DNA of 61,769 nt, counting the filler, from Catajapyx aquilonaris (lineage: Eukaryota): NCBI GenBank assembly GCA_000934665.2. It is 3 parts of 3 records of this genome, joined end to end, with 100 filler letters (N's around TTAATTAATTAA, not from the genome) between each part and the next. Parts side by side here need not be neighbours in the genome. Positions count along the whole stretch, not along the records: positions 20,621 to 41,138 come from JYFJ02006245.1; positions 41,239 to 61,769 come from JYFJ02006246.1; 1 more part is not named here. One strand, given 5' to 3'. The translations under genes were made by a program, and so were the position numbers. The notes under the pieces are model-generated. The model had not been told where the DNA came from and searched no databases. It saw only the letters and a program-made list of their open reading frames with translations. Positions 38,238 to 48,312 of this stretch are shown here, one piece after another. Position 1 is the first letter of the stretch. Each line of letters starts with the position of its first letter.

Positions 38238-39939
38238 TACTCTAGGACGAACTGAATGAGAATGTCTGGGCCAAGAGTGGTAAAGAATAAAAGTCGGTTA
38301 ACACATTTGCAACTTTTCAGTCCCACATGGAGTCGTCATTAAGTTTTCCACACAATTAAGCATTGGTGAGGATATTTACAGTATAGGCCTATAATGCGGT
38401 ACACTGCATCACTGAAATGCTCATAATATTAAAAACAACTTTTTTGTCTATAGCCCTTCGTTTCGAGTTCCACGTCCCCAGGAATCCCGGACATGGCCCA
38501 AATTGTGCCTAATTTTTACTATATAGGGGGGATTTTACTAAAAGTTGATTGCGATCAGAACCCTCTGCCATGCTCTGCCAGGTAGATGCCAGTAGATGCC
38601 TTCCTGTCTTGTTTTCTTTGGGGACAATCATGTCCCTCACGAACCGGTTTAGTAATCTGACTAATCTCCGTCCCCCTCCTTTCTCACTTATCTATAATTT
38701 TGCTTCGAGGCATTTCTTACCGAATTATGCACTTGGAGCCAAAATCCAGTTTAATTTTTTTTCGTGATGTAGACACCATAAAGAGTATTTTTAGGGTTGG
38801 AGCCACCTCCAAAGGTTTCTGGTTCATTTTTCTACAGCCGCTCAAAGTTTTAAAGAATGAAGTGAAAATTGCCTGTTATCGGCTTATATTCCTCTCTTTC
38901 AATTTTACATTTACTTCATGTCCTAATCCTTTCTGCCGCCCGCTTGCCCCCCCCCCCTCCCGTCATGCCGTCATGCCCACTACTCAGGATATACCAGGCA
39001 GAAGGGAAATATATTTGATCATAATAATAACTTTGAGACACCAAATTAAGACCTTCCTGATCGACCGATATCCGATATCCGTGAAGAAACTGGTGTCACC
39101 ATTTTGCTCATAGGCCGGCCCTTAATGCCTTGTAACAGTAGGCTACTATTTACTCAAACATTTCGCCAGTGCCCTTTTCCTTCATCCGATTAATAATGGA
39201 AAAGACATGGCGGCAAATGTGTATTTTGCTCTGTTGATAACCAATTTCTCGCATATTAAGTTTTCCCATCTCGTTTTTCTATTCTTCCTCACCGTGGGAA
39301 AAAGTAATAGTGGGGAATCGCTACGCTCCCAATGTTAATTTGTCGGCTTCATAACTCGCGAACGGCTAAACCTATTTCAAATCGGTAACAATATTTGGAC
39401 ACAGCTCACTCCAGTGACCCACCTTAGATAGATAAACGACAACTAGGGCCATTACTGAAGGGTCACTAGCAGGTGTCGAAGTTCAAAAAAGTGTCGTTAC
39501 TTCGACAAGGGTACAGCCTAAACGGTGCGTCGTAGAGGGTCATGCAATGTCTCATTAGAACAGCCATGATCTCGGGCGGTACCCTCCTCAGATCACTTTC
39601 TTTTGAAGAAAAAAAAAACTTTACTTTCTGAGTTACGAAGGCATTACGATAGTGAACGTCTTTTGCTCCCCGTGATAATTTGTCGAATGAATCGCACATG
39701 TACTATATACGCCAAATTGTTTCATACCCCCGGGGTATGAAACAATTTGTCGTATATAGTACACCCACGTTTTCAGCTATGTTGAATTACAATATGCTAT
39801 CAGAAATCATGAAATTTCATTATTTACGAAAATAATTTTTGCAGGTAATAAACTCCAGTGATGATGTATCTGCTTATCATTTGCTTGGACCCCTCTCTGA
39901 AGTCGGAACCGGTCCGCTAATCTTAGCAGGGGCCAGTAC

Positions 39940-39987
39940 CACGGAGCCTTCAGTCATCCAAGCACATGGATGACTCAAGGCTCCGTG
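39940..39987. mobile_element. 48-bp micro-MITE with 8-bp TSD
   Basis: GCCAGTAC|CACGGAGCCTTCAGTCATCCAAGCACATGGATGACTCAAGGCTCCGTG|GCCAGTAC. Confidence 0.8.
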
Positions 39988-40003
39988 GCCAGTACCAAGG
40001 TGC

Positions 40004-40355
40004 TTTTATTTTATTTTTTTATTTTATTACGTTACCCCGTGCTAAAGCTTAGCCTTTTTGGGGGGTGGGATACCACCATTTTCACTCCTTAACTTCATAC
40101 ACCGCACCGGTGCAAGGAGACAAGGATGTAGGGTAGGGATAGGGATTTTTTTGGGAGGGAACATAGGTGCAAGTGCGATGTCGGTAAAGGGGTCATGTGC
40201 TGTCCCCCAGGAGGTTAGGTTGCCAGGCACCTCCTTGGTGCAGGTCAGAGACCCTCCTGACGCAGGTGAAAGGGAAGTTCCCCAGGCGGGGATCGAACCT
40301 GGGGCCTTTCACTCAGCAAGCCGTGACGTTACCATCACGGCCACCACACCTCCCC
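40004..40355 (-). mobile_element. tRNA-derived SINE, family A, full length
   Basis: Reverse complement highly similar to 61045-61370 and 32231-32570; T-rich tail at ~40004-40028. Confidence 0.9.
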
Positions 40356-40481
40356 AGGCGAAAGACCCCGAGTGAAAGTGTGGATATTAGAAGTTGCCAT
40401 TCCTGCCCGCGATAAAAATTGTCCCCATTCGATGATGATGAAAAGAATTAAATAAAAACAGGCAGTAAAACTGCCGAAAAC

Positions 40482-40785
40482 TATTCTTCCTCTGATGGGT
40501 CAGATCAAAAGTAATAACCAAGTCAATTGATGGGGGTGGTTTCGTCTCATGAGGATTTGTGATCATATTAATTTTAATTAAAAATAGTCGTGCTTTGGGA
40601 AGGGAAGAATTGGGCAGAGATCGCTTTTATACTCATCCGATTCTCATTCTCTGCCCAATTCTTTCCTTTCCAAAGCACGACTATTTTAATGAAAATTAAT
40701 ATTATCACAAATCCTCATGAGACGAAACCACCCCCATCAATTGACTTGGTTATTACTTTTGGTCTGACCCATCAGAGGAAGAATA
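40482..40785. mobile_element. ~300-bp foldback MITE flanked by TA
   Basis: TATTCTTCCTCTGATGGGTCAGA ... TCTGACCCATCAGAGGAAGAATA; arms pair inward to GAATTGGGCAGAGA/TCTCTGCCCAATTC. Confidence 0.88.
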
Positions 40786-40898
40786 CCCTTACCAAAATTT
40801 AACTTAGCCGCGAGCTTGCCGCTAGCTCGCCAGAAGCTGGCGAGCTCGCCTCAGGATAGCCGCCACGTCGCGGGACCTCGCGGCTGTCAAATATTCTC

Positions 40899-41138
40899 CT
40901 GACCTCGTCATGACGAGCTAGCCGCTATTGGCGCCGAGCAAGTCATTCCGCGAGGTCAAGTCTCAATTTCTGACCTCGTCATGACGAGCTAGCCGCTACT
41001 TGGCGCCGAGCAAGTCATTCCGCGAGGTCAAGTCTCAATTTCTGACCTCGTCATGACGAGCTAGCCGCTACTTGGCGCCGAGCAAGTCATTCCGCGAGGT
41101 CAAGTCTCTATTTCTGACCTCGTCATGACGAGCTAGCT
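40899..41138. repeat. 72-bp GC-rich tandem repeat (>=3.3 units, runs into gap)
   Basis: GACCTCGTCATGACGAG starts at 40901, 40972, 41044 and 41116. Confidence 0.95.
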
Positions 41139-41238
41139 NNNNNNNNNNNNNNNNNNNNNNNNNNNNNNNNNNNNNNNNNNNNTTAATTAATTAANNNNNN
41201 NNNNNNNNNNNNNNNNNNNNNNNNNNNNNNNNNNNNNN
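41139..41238. other. Assembly gap with TTAATTAATTAA linker
   Basis: Direct reading. Confidence 0.95.
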
Positions 41239-41241
41239 CCC

Positions 41242-42110
41242 CTAAAACTGCTCCTTCCCTGTCACATGAGTAATGTAGGCCTTACGGGACCAAGAGATAA
41301 CATCTGAAACGCAAAGTTTTTGGAGGAGTCTCAGGTAGGCCCTGCCACACAACTTCCTCAAAATTTTATTGTTGGCAGGGTCCCAAGACCCGAGAGCCCC
41401 TACTACAATCGCTTCAACAAGAACCTGCCGGTACCGGGCCTTGAGTCTTTCTGCCAGGGCAGCGTACTTCTCCTCTTTACTTCTCCTAGCCTCCTCGAAA
41501 GCCGTCCTCCGGTTCTCGAATGGCACCGTCACGTCTATGATGATCGCAGTGTCGCCACTCACCAGGACGAGGTCAGGTCGCTGGGGACAGTCTGCAATGA
41601 CCTTCTGGTTGTCTCCAAGGATAGAGAACTTGAGCCTCGATGCCCTCCGCACACGCTCCACCACCGCGTTGTGCCTGTTTTGGTAGAAAGCTGCATGGCA
41701 CATGCAATGGCCGAGAACATGAGGGAGGGTTTCACGGGGCTCTGGACACCGTCGGCATCGCTCCTGCTGGTCGATCGCCCATGGTCGGGCCCCATTGAGG
41801 GGAACCAGGTTCAGGCGAGCTCTGTGTATGAACCGCCAGTCCGCAAACGTCGTAAAGCGTCCATTGGAGATAAAGTGGCTGGAGGCAGAAGACATGGCCA
41901 CACACTCTGCCACCTTCCCCTGGTTGGGCTTTGACCTCAACTGCTCGTCGAGTTGGCGCTGAATCACGCCACGAATCGTCCTCGCCAGCACCTTCCTCAT
42001 GCGGGAACGAATAGTGAAGGCCCCCGCGACGATGGCCAGCTGTGCCTCCACCCCCGTCCAGGAAACCCCTAATCGAGATGTAGCTGACCTGGCGGCGGTC
42101 CAGATATTCT
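41242..42110 (-). mobile_element. 5'-truncated non-LTR retrotransposon, RLE type, Utopia/NeSL clade (C-terminal zinc knuckle plus restriction-like endonuclease)
   Basis: KPNQGKV, FADWRFIHRARLNLVPLNG, CRRC...ETLPHVLGHC (CCHC), RHNAVV, RPDLV...IDVTVPFEN...KEEKY (PD-D-K endonuclease), VGALGSW; no RT domain upstream. Confidence 0.9.
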
Positions 42111-42904
42111 CCATGTCACTGGTATGCCAACATTGTATAGCCATAATTATTGCAAATCAATGAGTCACTCCTATGGAAAAGTATTTCATAACCCAAGCAA
42201 CGCCGGGTATCCTGCTAGTGAATAATAAACAGGAAAAATTAACATCGATGACCACTATTAACAACTGTAAACTCTGTTTTAATTACTGTAAATTGACATG
42301 GTTGAGGCAGTCCAGCCAAGCGCCAAGTTACGACACTCGTTGTCACTGGTTTTGAAGTGAACAGCAACTGGTACCTAATTGTTGCTTCATAATAATTCTG
42401 TGATTGTGAACATGGCAGTTCTGAAATTATTAATATTGTGAATCGAAATATATTATCTAATTTATAAAGTGAGAAGTAATAAATAGGAACCACTGCGTAT
42501 TATTTTAAGCGCCATTAAAAATGAACTGTAGGAGTGTATTAACAAAAACATTATTTTGGAAAATTTATAGGGGAATCTTCAAATTCAGTCCAAATCTAAC
42601 TGCGGAAAACTAGCATATCAAAAAACAGGCCTATGTGGCCCACTTTACAGGAAATATTCATTTATTGAGTCACTGCCATATGACAAACAGAGGCTAAAGA
42701 TTGGCGGATGTGTTTAAAAATTGCATGCAAAAATGCATTACTCATTCGGCGGTAAACAAGTTACGTATAGTAGTCTTAGAAATCAATGACTGATTGTGCC
42801 CTTACAAAATGTAAATTTAAAGCCATTGTATATTTATAAATAACCAAAACACATCCTCCCATTGGCATTTGGACTCGAGGGAATAAATCTGGAGGAATAA
42901 ATAT

Positions 42905-42906
<2 letters not shown>

Positions 42907-42964
<58 letters not shown>
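42907..42964. repeat. (GA)n microsatellite
   Basis: Direct reading. Confidence 0.95.
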
Positions 42965-42970
<6 letters not shown>

Positions 42971-43315
42971 GCGTGGTGGCTGGGGGCAGCTTGGCTATGT
43001 CGCAAAGGCAGATTGATTTTTTGGATTTTGGAAGAGGGTATACTGTACCAACCCAACCTAACCATACCTAATCTTCCTTCCTTGCGGATACAGACCTATA
43101 TTAGCGACACAGTCCGCTGCCCCCACCGACTACTACCCTCCCGCCTCCCACATGCCAGTAAGAGCAAGTACAGCCGCATTTCCTGTAAATCCCATCATTG
43201 CCGTTGCCATCACTGGTGCAGCTCTTCCCGTTGGTTGTACGGGTATTCATGTCAATGAAGAAACCAACCAAGTCTGGAAAAGGTAAGGATGAAAATGCAT
43301 GACAAAGGCATTATA

Positions 43316-43588
43316 CAGGGTGTATGTTACTAGTCCAGAATGCCGGCTTCAGCGTATTCCTTGTCCCAAACCAAGTCTAAAATGTAGGGGGGAGAAATGT
43401 CCAGGGAACAACCTGTAACGAGGTAGACAAACCAGAAACATTGGCCTACTCAGGGGTAGGCCGATGTTCTAGGTTGTCTACCTCGTTACAGGTTAGTCCC
43501 TGGACATTTCTCCCCCCTACATTTTAGACTTGGTTTCGGCCAAGAAATATGCTGAAGGCGGCATGCTGGACTAGTAACATACACCTTG
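43316..43588. mobile_element. Almost fully palindromic Tc1/mariner-type MITE, TA TSD
   Basis: TA|CAGGGTGTATGTTACTAGTCCAG ... CTGGACTAGTAACATACACCTTG|TA; centre GGCCTACTCAGGGGTAGGCC. Confidence 0.88.
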
Positions 43589-44212
43589 TATACGGTATAC
43601 ATAGTACTATGTAAGTTGTATAACGTGTACTTCATTCTTGCATACCACAACCATTACCACCATAATACACCAGGCCAACCCCAGTTGACCTGCTAGGCCA
43701 TTGTCACTTCTCCAGTAACAGTAAAATATACATAACATTATTTATGCACAGATTTCATGCATCCTATACTGGAATTGAAGATTTGAAATTAAGAAGGCGA
43801 AGCAATGAAATAGTAATGAGGCGCATCACAGTAGGTAGGAAACGGTGTGTGTGATTGTGGCCATAGATTCCATCAACAGAGGGTACAGTAAGCTGTAAGA
43901 GAATAACCTATGAAGTACATGTAGCCCGGAAGCTTTGAAATGTGCATTGCGCGCACATAGAGTAGCGATTCCATCAGCCTAGAGCCTTTAGCCGCCAATG
44001 TTATTTAATTCGCCATAAGGTAATGGAGTGGTTCCCGGAAAGCAGTCTCTCGATGGGCATCAGTTTGGGCAACCACAACATCAAATGGCCTTTCGAGGTC
44101 CCCACATGTTGTTAACGTGCCCTTAGGAATGAAATGACACGTCGTACTCCTATGTACGACGCGACGCAGTCATTGGAGCTTCGTCGCCCTAAGGAAGTGG
44201 TCGTGCATCACC

Positions 44213-44269
44213 ATGCTGCTCACCTGGCTACTAGTCTTCGTCTGGGGGCAGATGCTCCTTGCAGATCAG
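44213..44269 (+). CDS. Predicted first (signal-peptide) exon of the ionotropic receptor
   Basis: MLLTWLLVFVWGQMLLADQ is hydrophobic; donor CAG|GTCAGA, phase 0, matches the phase-0 acceptor at 45692. Confidence 0.65.
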
Positions 44270-44357
44270 GTCAGATTTCTTACGAATCCAAGGTCAATTG
44301 CTATCACCTATTTATTCATGGTAATCACAAAATTAATGGGCAATTCACCAGTTTTAG

Positions 44358-44408
44358 CACGGAGCCTTGAGTACACCAAGCATAGTATGCTTGGCTCAAG
44401 GCTCCCTG
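44358..44408. mobile_element. 51-bp micro-MITE with 8-bp TSD (same family as 39940)
   Basis: AGTTTTAG|CACGGAGCCTTGAGTACACCAAGCATAGTATGCTTGGCTCAAGGCTCCCTG|AGTTTTAG. Confidence 0.8.
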
Positions 44409-45692
44409 AGTTTTAGGGCATGGCATGTATATGTAGAGATCTGGAAAGTGTATTACCTCCCTTGCAAGATGTTTGACAGTATGGCACAAAATGCTTAAGA
44501 TTTTTTCATTAGCATGATATGACTAGTCTCGTAGTCTCTTAAGACAAGACAATAGTTGGTCAGGAATGGAATAAGAGATTGGCTCTGTTGTACACAACGC
44601 TAGAAGCCAACTTGGATAGCCGCACAAGAGTGAAAACCATTCTCGTGCAAGTGCATAAATATTTCTCCCTATTTTGTTTAAGATTCGGATATTTAAATAG
44701 ATAACCTCAACAATGGCTATTCATTTACAGTAATGAAATACTATTAAATGGGACTGAAGCAGGTTGGTGGAGTGGATAAGGTGTATATACAGACTGACCG
44801 AGGAAGTTTGTGTCTTTGCGACGCTAGTCCTATTATATGGAACCCAAACAATGTTTCTTACTCTGAGAGAAATCCAAAGTCTCACTTACCCCATGTCACG
44901 GAGCAAGTGCGGCACTAAGCATCAGTTGCATATTTTAATCGTTTTTCGGAGCACCCACATAGATTAATGTAATGCATTAGGCCACTTTGAAATCCAATAA
45001 GGTAAGGTACGTCATCCGTTACTTTTTTTCTCACTTGTTAATTTATTACTGAGGGAGTAGCATGCCTTCAAACTGCAACTGAACTAAATCCGTCTGCACT
45101 TGCCCGGATTTACAATTGATATATTGAGAAAATTGTTATTTACTTTGAGTAAGTACTAGGTTGTTCCAGTAAGTCGGTAAGAATAAAAATGGTCACTTTG
45201 GACAAATATACCATTATTCACTGACTTGTGAGAAATACTCGTGCACTCTGCATCAATATGCGTATGCCCAAGTCCACATTGGCCATACAAAACAGAATAA
45301 TAATTATGCCAGGCTCTAAAAGGGGAAAATGCATCCATTGCGTAGTCCATAGAGTCACGAATATTGTGCCACAGAGTAACTGCCTGTGATTGACGCCTTA
45401 TGTCTTGGAATATGACCTAGTTTCCAAATGTTGGATGAAGCCACCCCCGCGCAAAACCACGTAACTTGTAAAAATGAACACCAATTTAAAATGTTTCTGT
45501 TTTAATTTTCAGTAACACAATCACGATTCACACATGCAAGCAGTATAAGGATGCATAATAATAATGCTACACACAACTAGACGCTAGAGCATGTGCAGTA
45601 ATATTCCACGAGTAATTTATTGATAGCGAACGGAATAAACCAAATCATATCTCTGCAAAAAGCAACTTCACTATCAATTCCGCCTTTTCCAG

Positions 45693-47627
45693 ATGAATTC
45701 TCTCTGTCCGAACGTGTCCCTGACATCTGACCCAGATGAGGACGTCCTGTTAACGGAGCTGGTCCTTCACTTGCTGGACACCCACTACCCAGAATGCTTC
45801 TTAAACATGGACACCGACTCGGACAGGGTTGGCCTGATCGCAGTGCTGCAGGGCCTGTCCCGTCACCAGGGCGGCAGGTACCGGCCGGTGGTCACTGGTC
45901 GGATGGACAGCCAGTCCTTCAGGGTGTCCATCGAGGACCACCCGGTCATCTGGAAGGAGGAGCAGCTCTACTCCTTCAGGACCATGCCCCCTGACCTCTT
46001 CTCCCGGACATGGAACGGGGGGAAATGCTCCTTCAACCTTCTCCTCTCCACCCACCCACGACACTTCCCAGACCTAGTCTTGCACGCAGTCACAACCTTC
46101 AGGTTCAGGAACCAGTTCGACCCAACCCTCATCCACACCTCCGATGGGCTACTAGACCCAGAGAGAATCCTCCTGGCAAACCCGGCCAGAGGAATCTTCC
46201 TCAAGCTCCTCTCGCAATACTCTCCAGGGAAGAGGGAACTAGTCCTGCACAACATCTGCTACTTTTGTTTCCAGCCAGAGGAACAGCTCAACCCAACCAT
46301 TCACCAGTCACTCTACAAACTGTTGGGACGAGACCACCTCTTTCCAATACCTGCTAGCCCGAATAGGTGGGGGAAAAATTCCACCTATTCTTACTTTGAA
46401 GAAATTGACGTGGAAGGTGCTCGAGAGAGGGCAAAAGATCCGGACAAGTACATCCTCTCTCTGGAAGAGTACGCTTTACTGGAAGTGGAAAAACGTTGGA
46501 ATATAACAATACGCGTGTACGTCCCAGAATTGTCTCTGGCTGATTTTTACCCCAATGGTACTTACAGCGGTTTCGCTGGCCACGTTTTCTATGGGAAGGC
46601 TGATGCTACAGTGGTATTATATTATACTACCGAATCAATCCGAGCAGTCACTGCACCGTTTCCTATTCTATACATTCAATTTACCTTCATAAGAAGGCAT
46701 GCCCTTCCAGACATAAAGTGGTACCTCATTGTCCAACCTTACACCCCAACGGCTTGGTTGGGTGTGTTTATGACAGTCATGTTCTCATCCATAATATTGT
46801 ACGTGCTTGAGAAAGGCGAAGGAAGGATGCGAACAACTTTTATTGGAGGCAATGAAAGAGGTTCGTCTCTCCTAAACATGTTAAGGGTAATCATGCGTGA
46901 AATAATCGAGCAAGCAATTTCACTCGCACCTTACCCATCTATTCGAGCCTTTTATTCGTACATTTTGTTGTTTTCATTGGTGATTGGATGTCTGTACAAG
47001 TCCAGAATTGTCGCTCTGCTCACTTTCCCAGAGACTGAGGTCCTTCCCAACACACTGGGGGAATTGCATGCCTCCAAATTTCCCATTGGTGTAATGCTGT
47101 CAATGAGGATTCTCATTGGAGCAGGAATCAAGATGAGTGGGTTGAAATATTTGCAGGAAATGTACGATAGGAGTGAAACCACGTCCAATTTGCGCGAGTG
47201 CTTCGTGAAAGTAATTCGCGAAGATTTTGCCTGTCTCGTGACAGACCTCCATTATCGCCGCGAATCGGTGAACTTTGTGGACCACAACGGGAACTCTCTG
47301 GTGCATTTGATGCCGGAGGTTTATTTTCCCACGTACACAGGACCGGCCGGGCCACGGGATGCAATAGATGCACCAAGAATTATGAGAGCATCGCTTCACA
47401 TGTGGGAATCGGGCATATATTCGCAGAGAGACAATTACGCCAGTCACCGCAAATTCCTCCGTCACATCCTGCGAATGCGACACTTGGCCTCCGAAGATGG
47501 CATCTTAACTTCTGATGAACGTGTCCTGACCTTTTACAAGGTCTCCCCTGTCCTCCTTGTTTGGTGTTTCGGAGTGGGTTTATCCATCATCGTTTTCCTT
47601 TCAGAGTTGTTGGCTCCTCGGAAATGA
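45693..47627 (+). CDS. Divergent ionotropic receptor (IR, iGluR-related chemoreceptor), main exon
   Basis: 644-aa ORF: S1-like VFYGKADA, pre-M1 IVQPYTPTAWLG, M3 LFSLVIGCLYKSRIVALLTFP followed by PNTLGEL, WESGIY, C-terminal TM; acceptor CCTTTTCCAG directly upstream. Confidence 0.88.
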   Translation: MNSLCPNVSLTSDPDEDVLLTELVLHLLDTHYPECFLNMDTDSDRVGLIAVLQGLSRHQGGRYRPVVTGRMDSQSFRVSIEDHPVIWKEEQLYSFRTMPPDLFSRTWNGGKCSFNLLLSTHPRHFPDLVLHAVTTFRFRNQFDPTLIHTSDGLLDPERILLANPARGIFLKLLSQYSPGKRELVLHNICYFCFQPEEQLNPTIHQSLYKLLGRDHLFPIPASPNRWGKNSTYSYFEEIDVEGARERAKDPDKYILSLEEYALLEVEKRWNITIRVYVPELSLADFYPNGTYSGFAGHVFYGKADATVVLYYTTESIRAVTAPFPILYIQFTFIRRHALPDIKWYLIVQPYTPTAWLGVFMTVMFSSIILYVLEKGEGRMRTTFIGGNERGSSLLNMLRVIMREIIEQAISLAPYPSIRAFYSYILLFSLVIGCLYKSRIVALLTFPETEVLPNTLGELHASKFPIGVMLSMRILIGAGIKMSGLKYLQEMYDRSETTSNLRECFVKVIREDFACLVTDLHYRRESVNFVDHNGNSLVHLMPEVYFPTYTGPAGPRDAIDAPRIMRASLHMWESGIYSQRDNYASHRKFLRHILRMRHLASEDGILTSDERVLTFYKVSPVLLVWCFGVGLSIIVFLSELLAPRK

Positions 47628-48312
47628 ACCAAAGACATTAATGTCCCCGTCTATTTGACTTAGCCTCTTCCGCAAAACACGAACGTATTTAGCCTATGTC
47701 TCCTATAATTACGGTATTATGTGAATGTATGTTTGAGTGGCACCACATTGTTGAAATCATAATATTGAAGAGTCTCTCGTCTTGAATTGCTTAAAAATAC
47801 TGTAGTCGTTGTTATATTTGTTGTTGGTTTTGAGATAAGAACACTGTTAGATGCTCCTAGTTGCCTGACGTGCCAGTGCAAAAGTGCTATTTTTTCAAAA
47901 TTAAAGTTAAAATTCTGGAAGCTTTTTAGTGCCTGCTGTGGCCATTTCAATTGCAAAAAAATTGCAATTTCTTGACTTTTGAGCCCTGGTTTTCCCTACT
48001 CAGGGGACATATATTTAAACACTTTATCATCTAATATTACGAGGAACAACCTCCAACAAGAATTATTGCGATGCACTGGAAAATCAATCCTGGAAGGGAT
48101 CCTTTCGCTCTACATTGTTGTTTTTTTTTGTAGCTTGATCAAGGTGTCCTCTTCTACTTGTATTTAAACTGCCATATTCGACCACCTGGGAGTAATTGGT
48201 CACCTGGATCGGGGCACAAGCCGCTACACAAAAATAACTACTTCGGACGATATTAGTGATAACTAAAAATCAAGACTTTCCACTTTTCAACTTAGAGTGT
48301 GGCATTGCACAG

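Noticed and set aside
40899..41138. CRISPR-like array of palindromic repeats
   Set aside because: Sequences between the palindromes are identical rather than unique spacers; eukaryotic context, no cas genes
41320..41934. 204-aa + strand ORF and other ORFs overlapping the Spn, IR and MATH-BTB CDSs
   Set aside because: Antisense or alternate-frame shadows of real coding sequence
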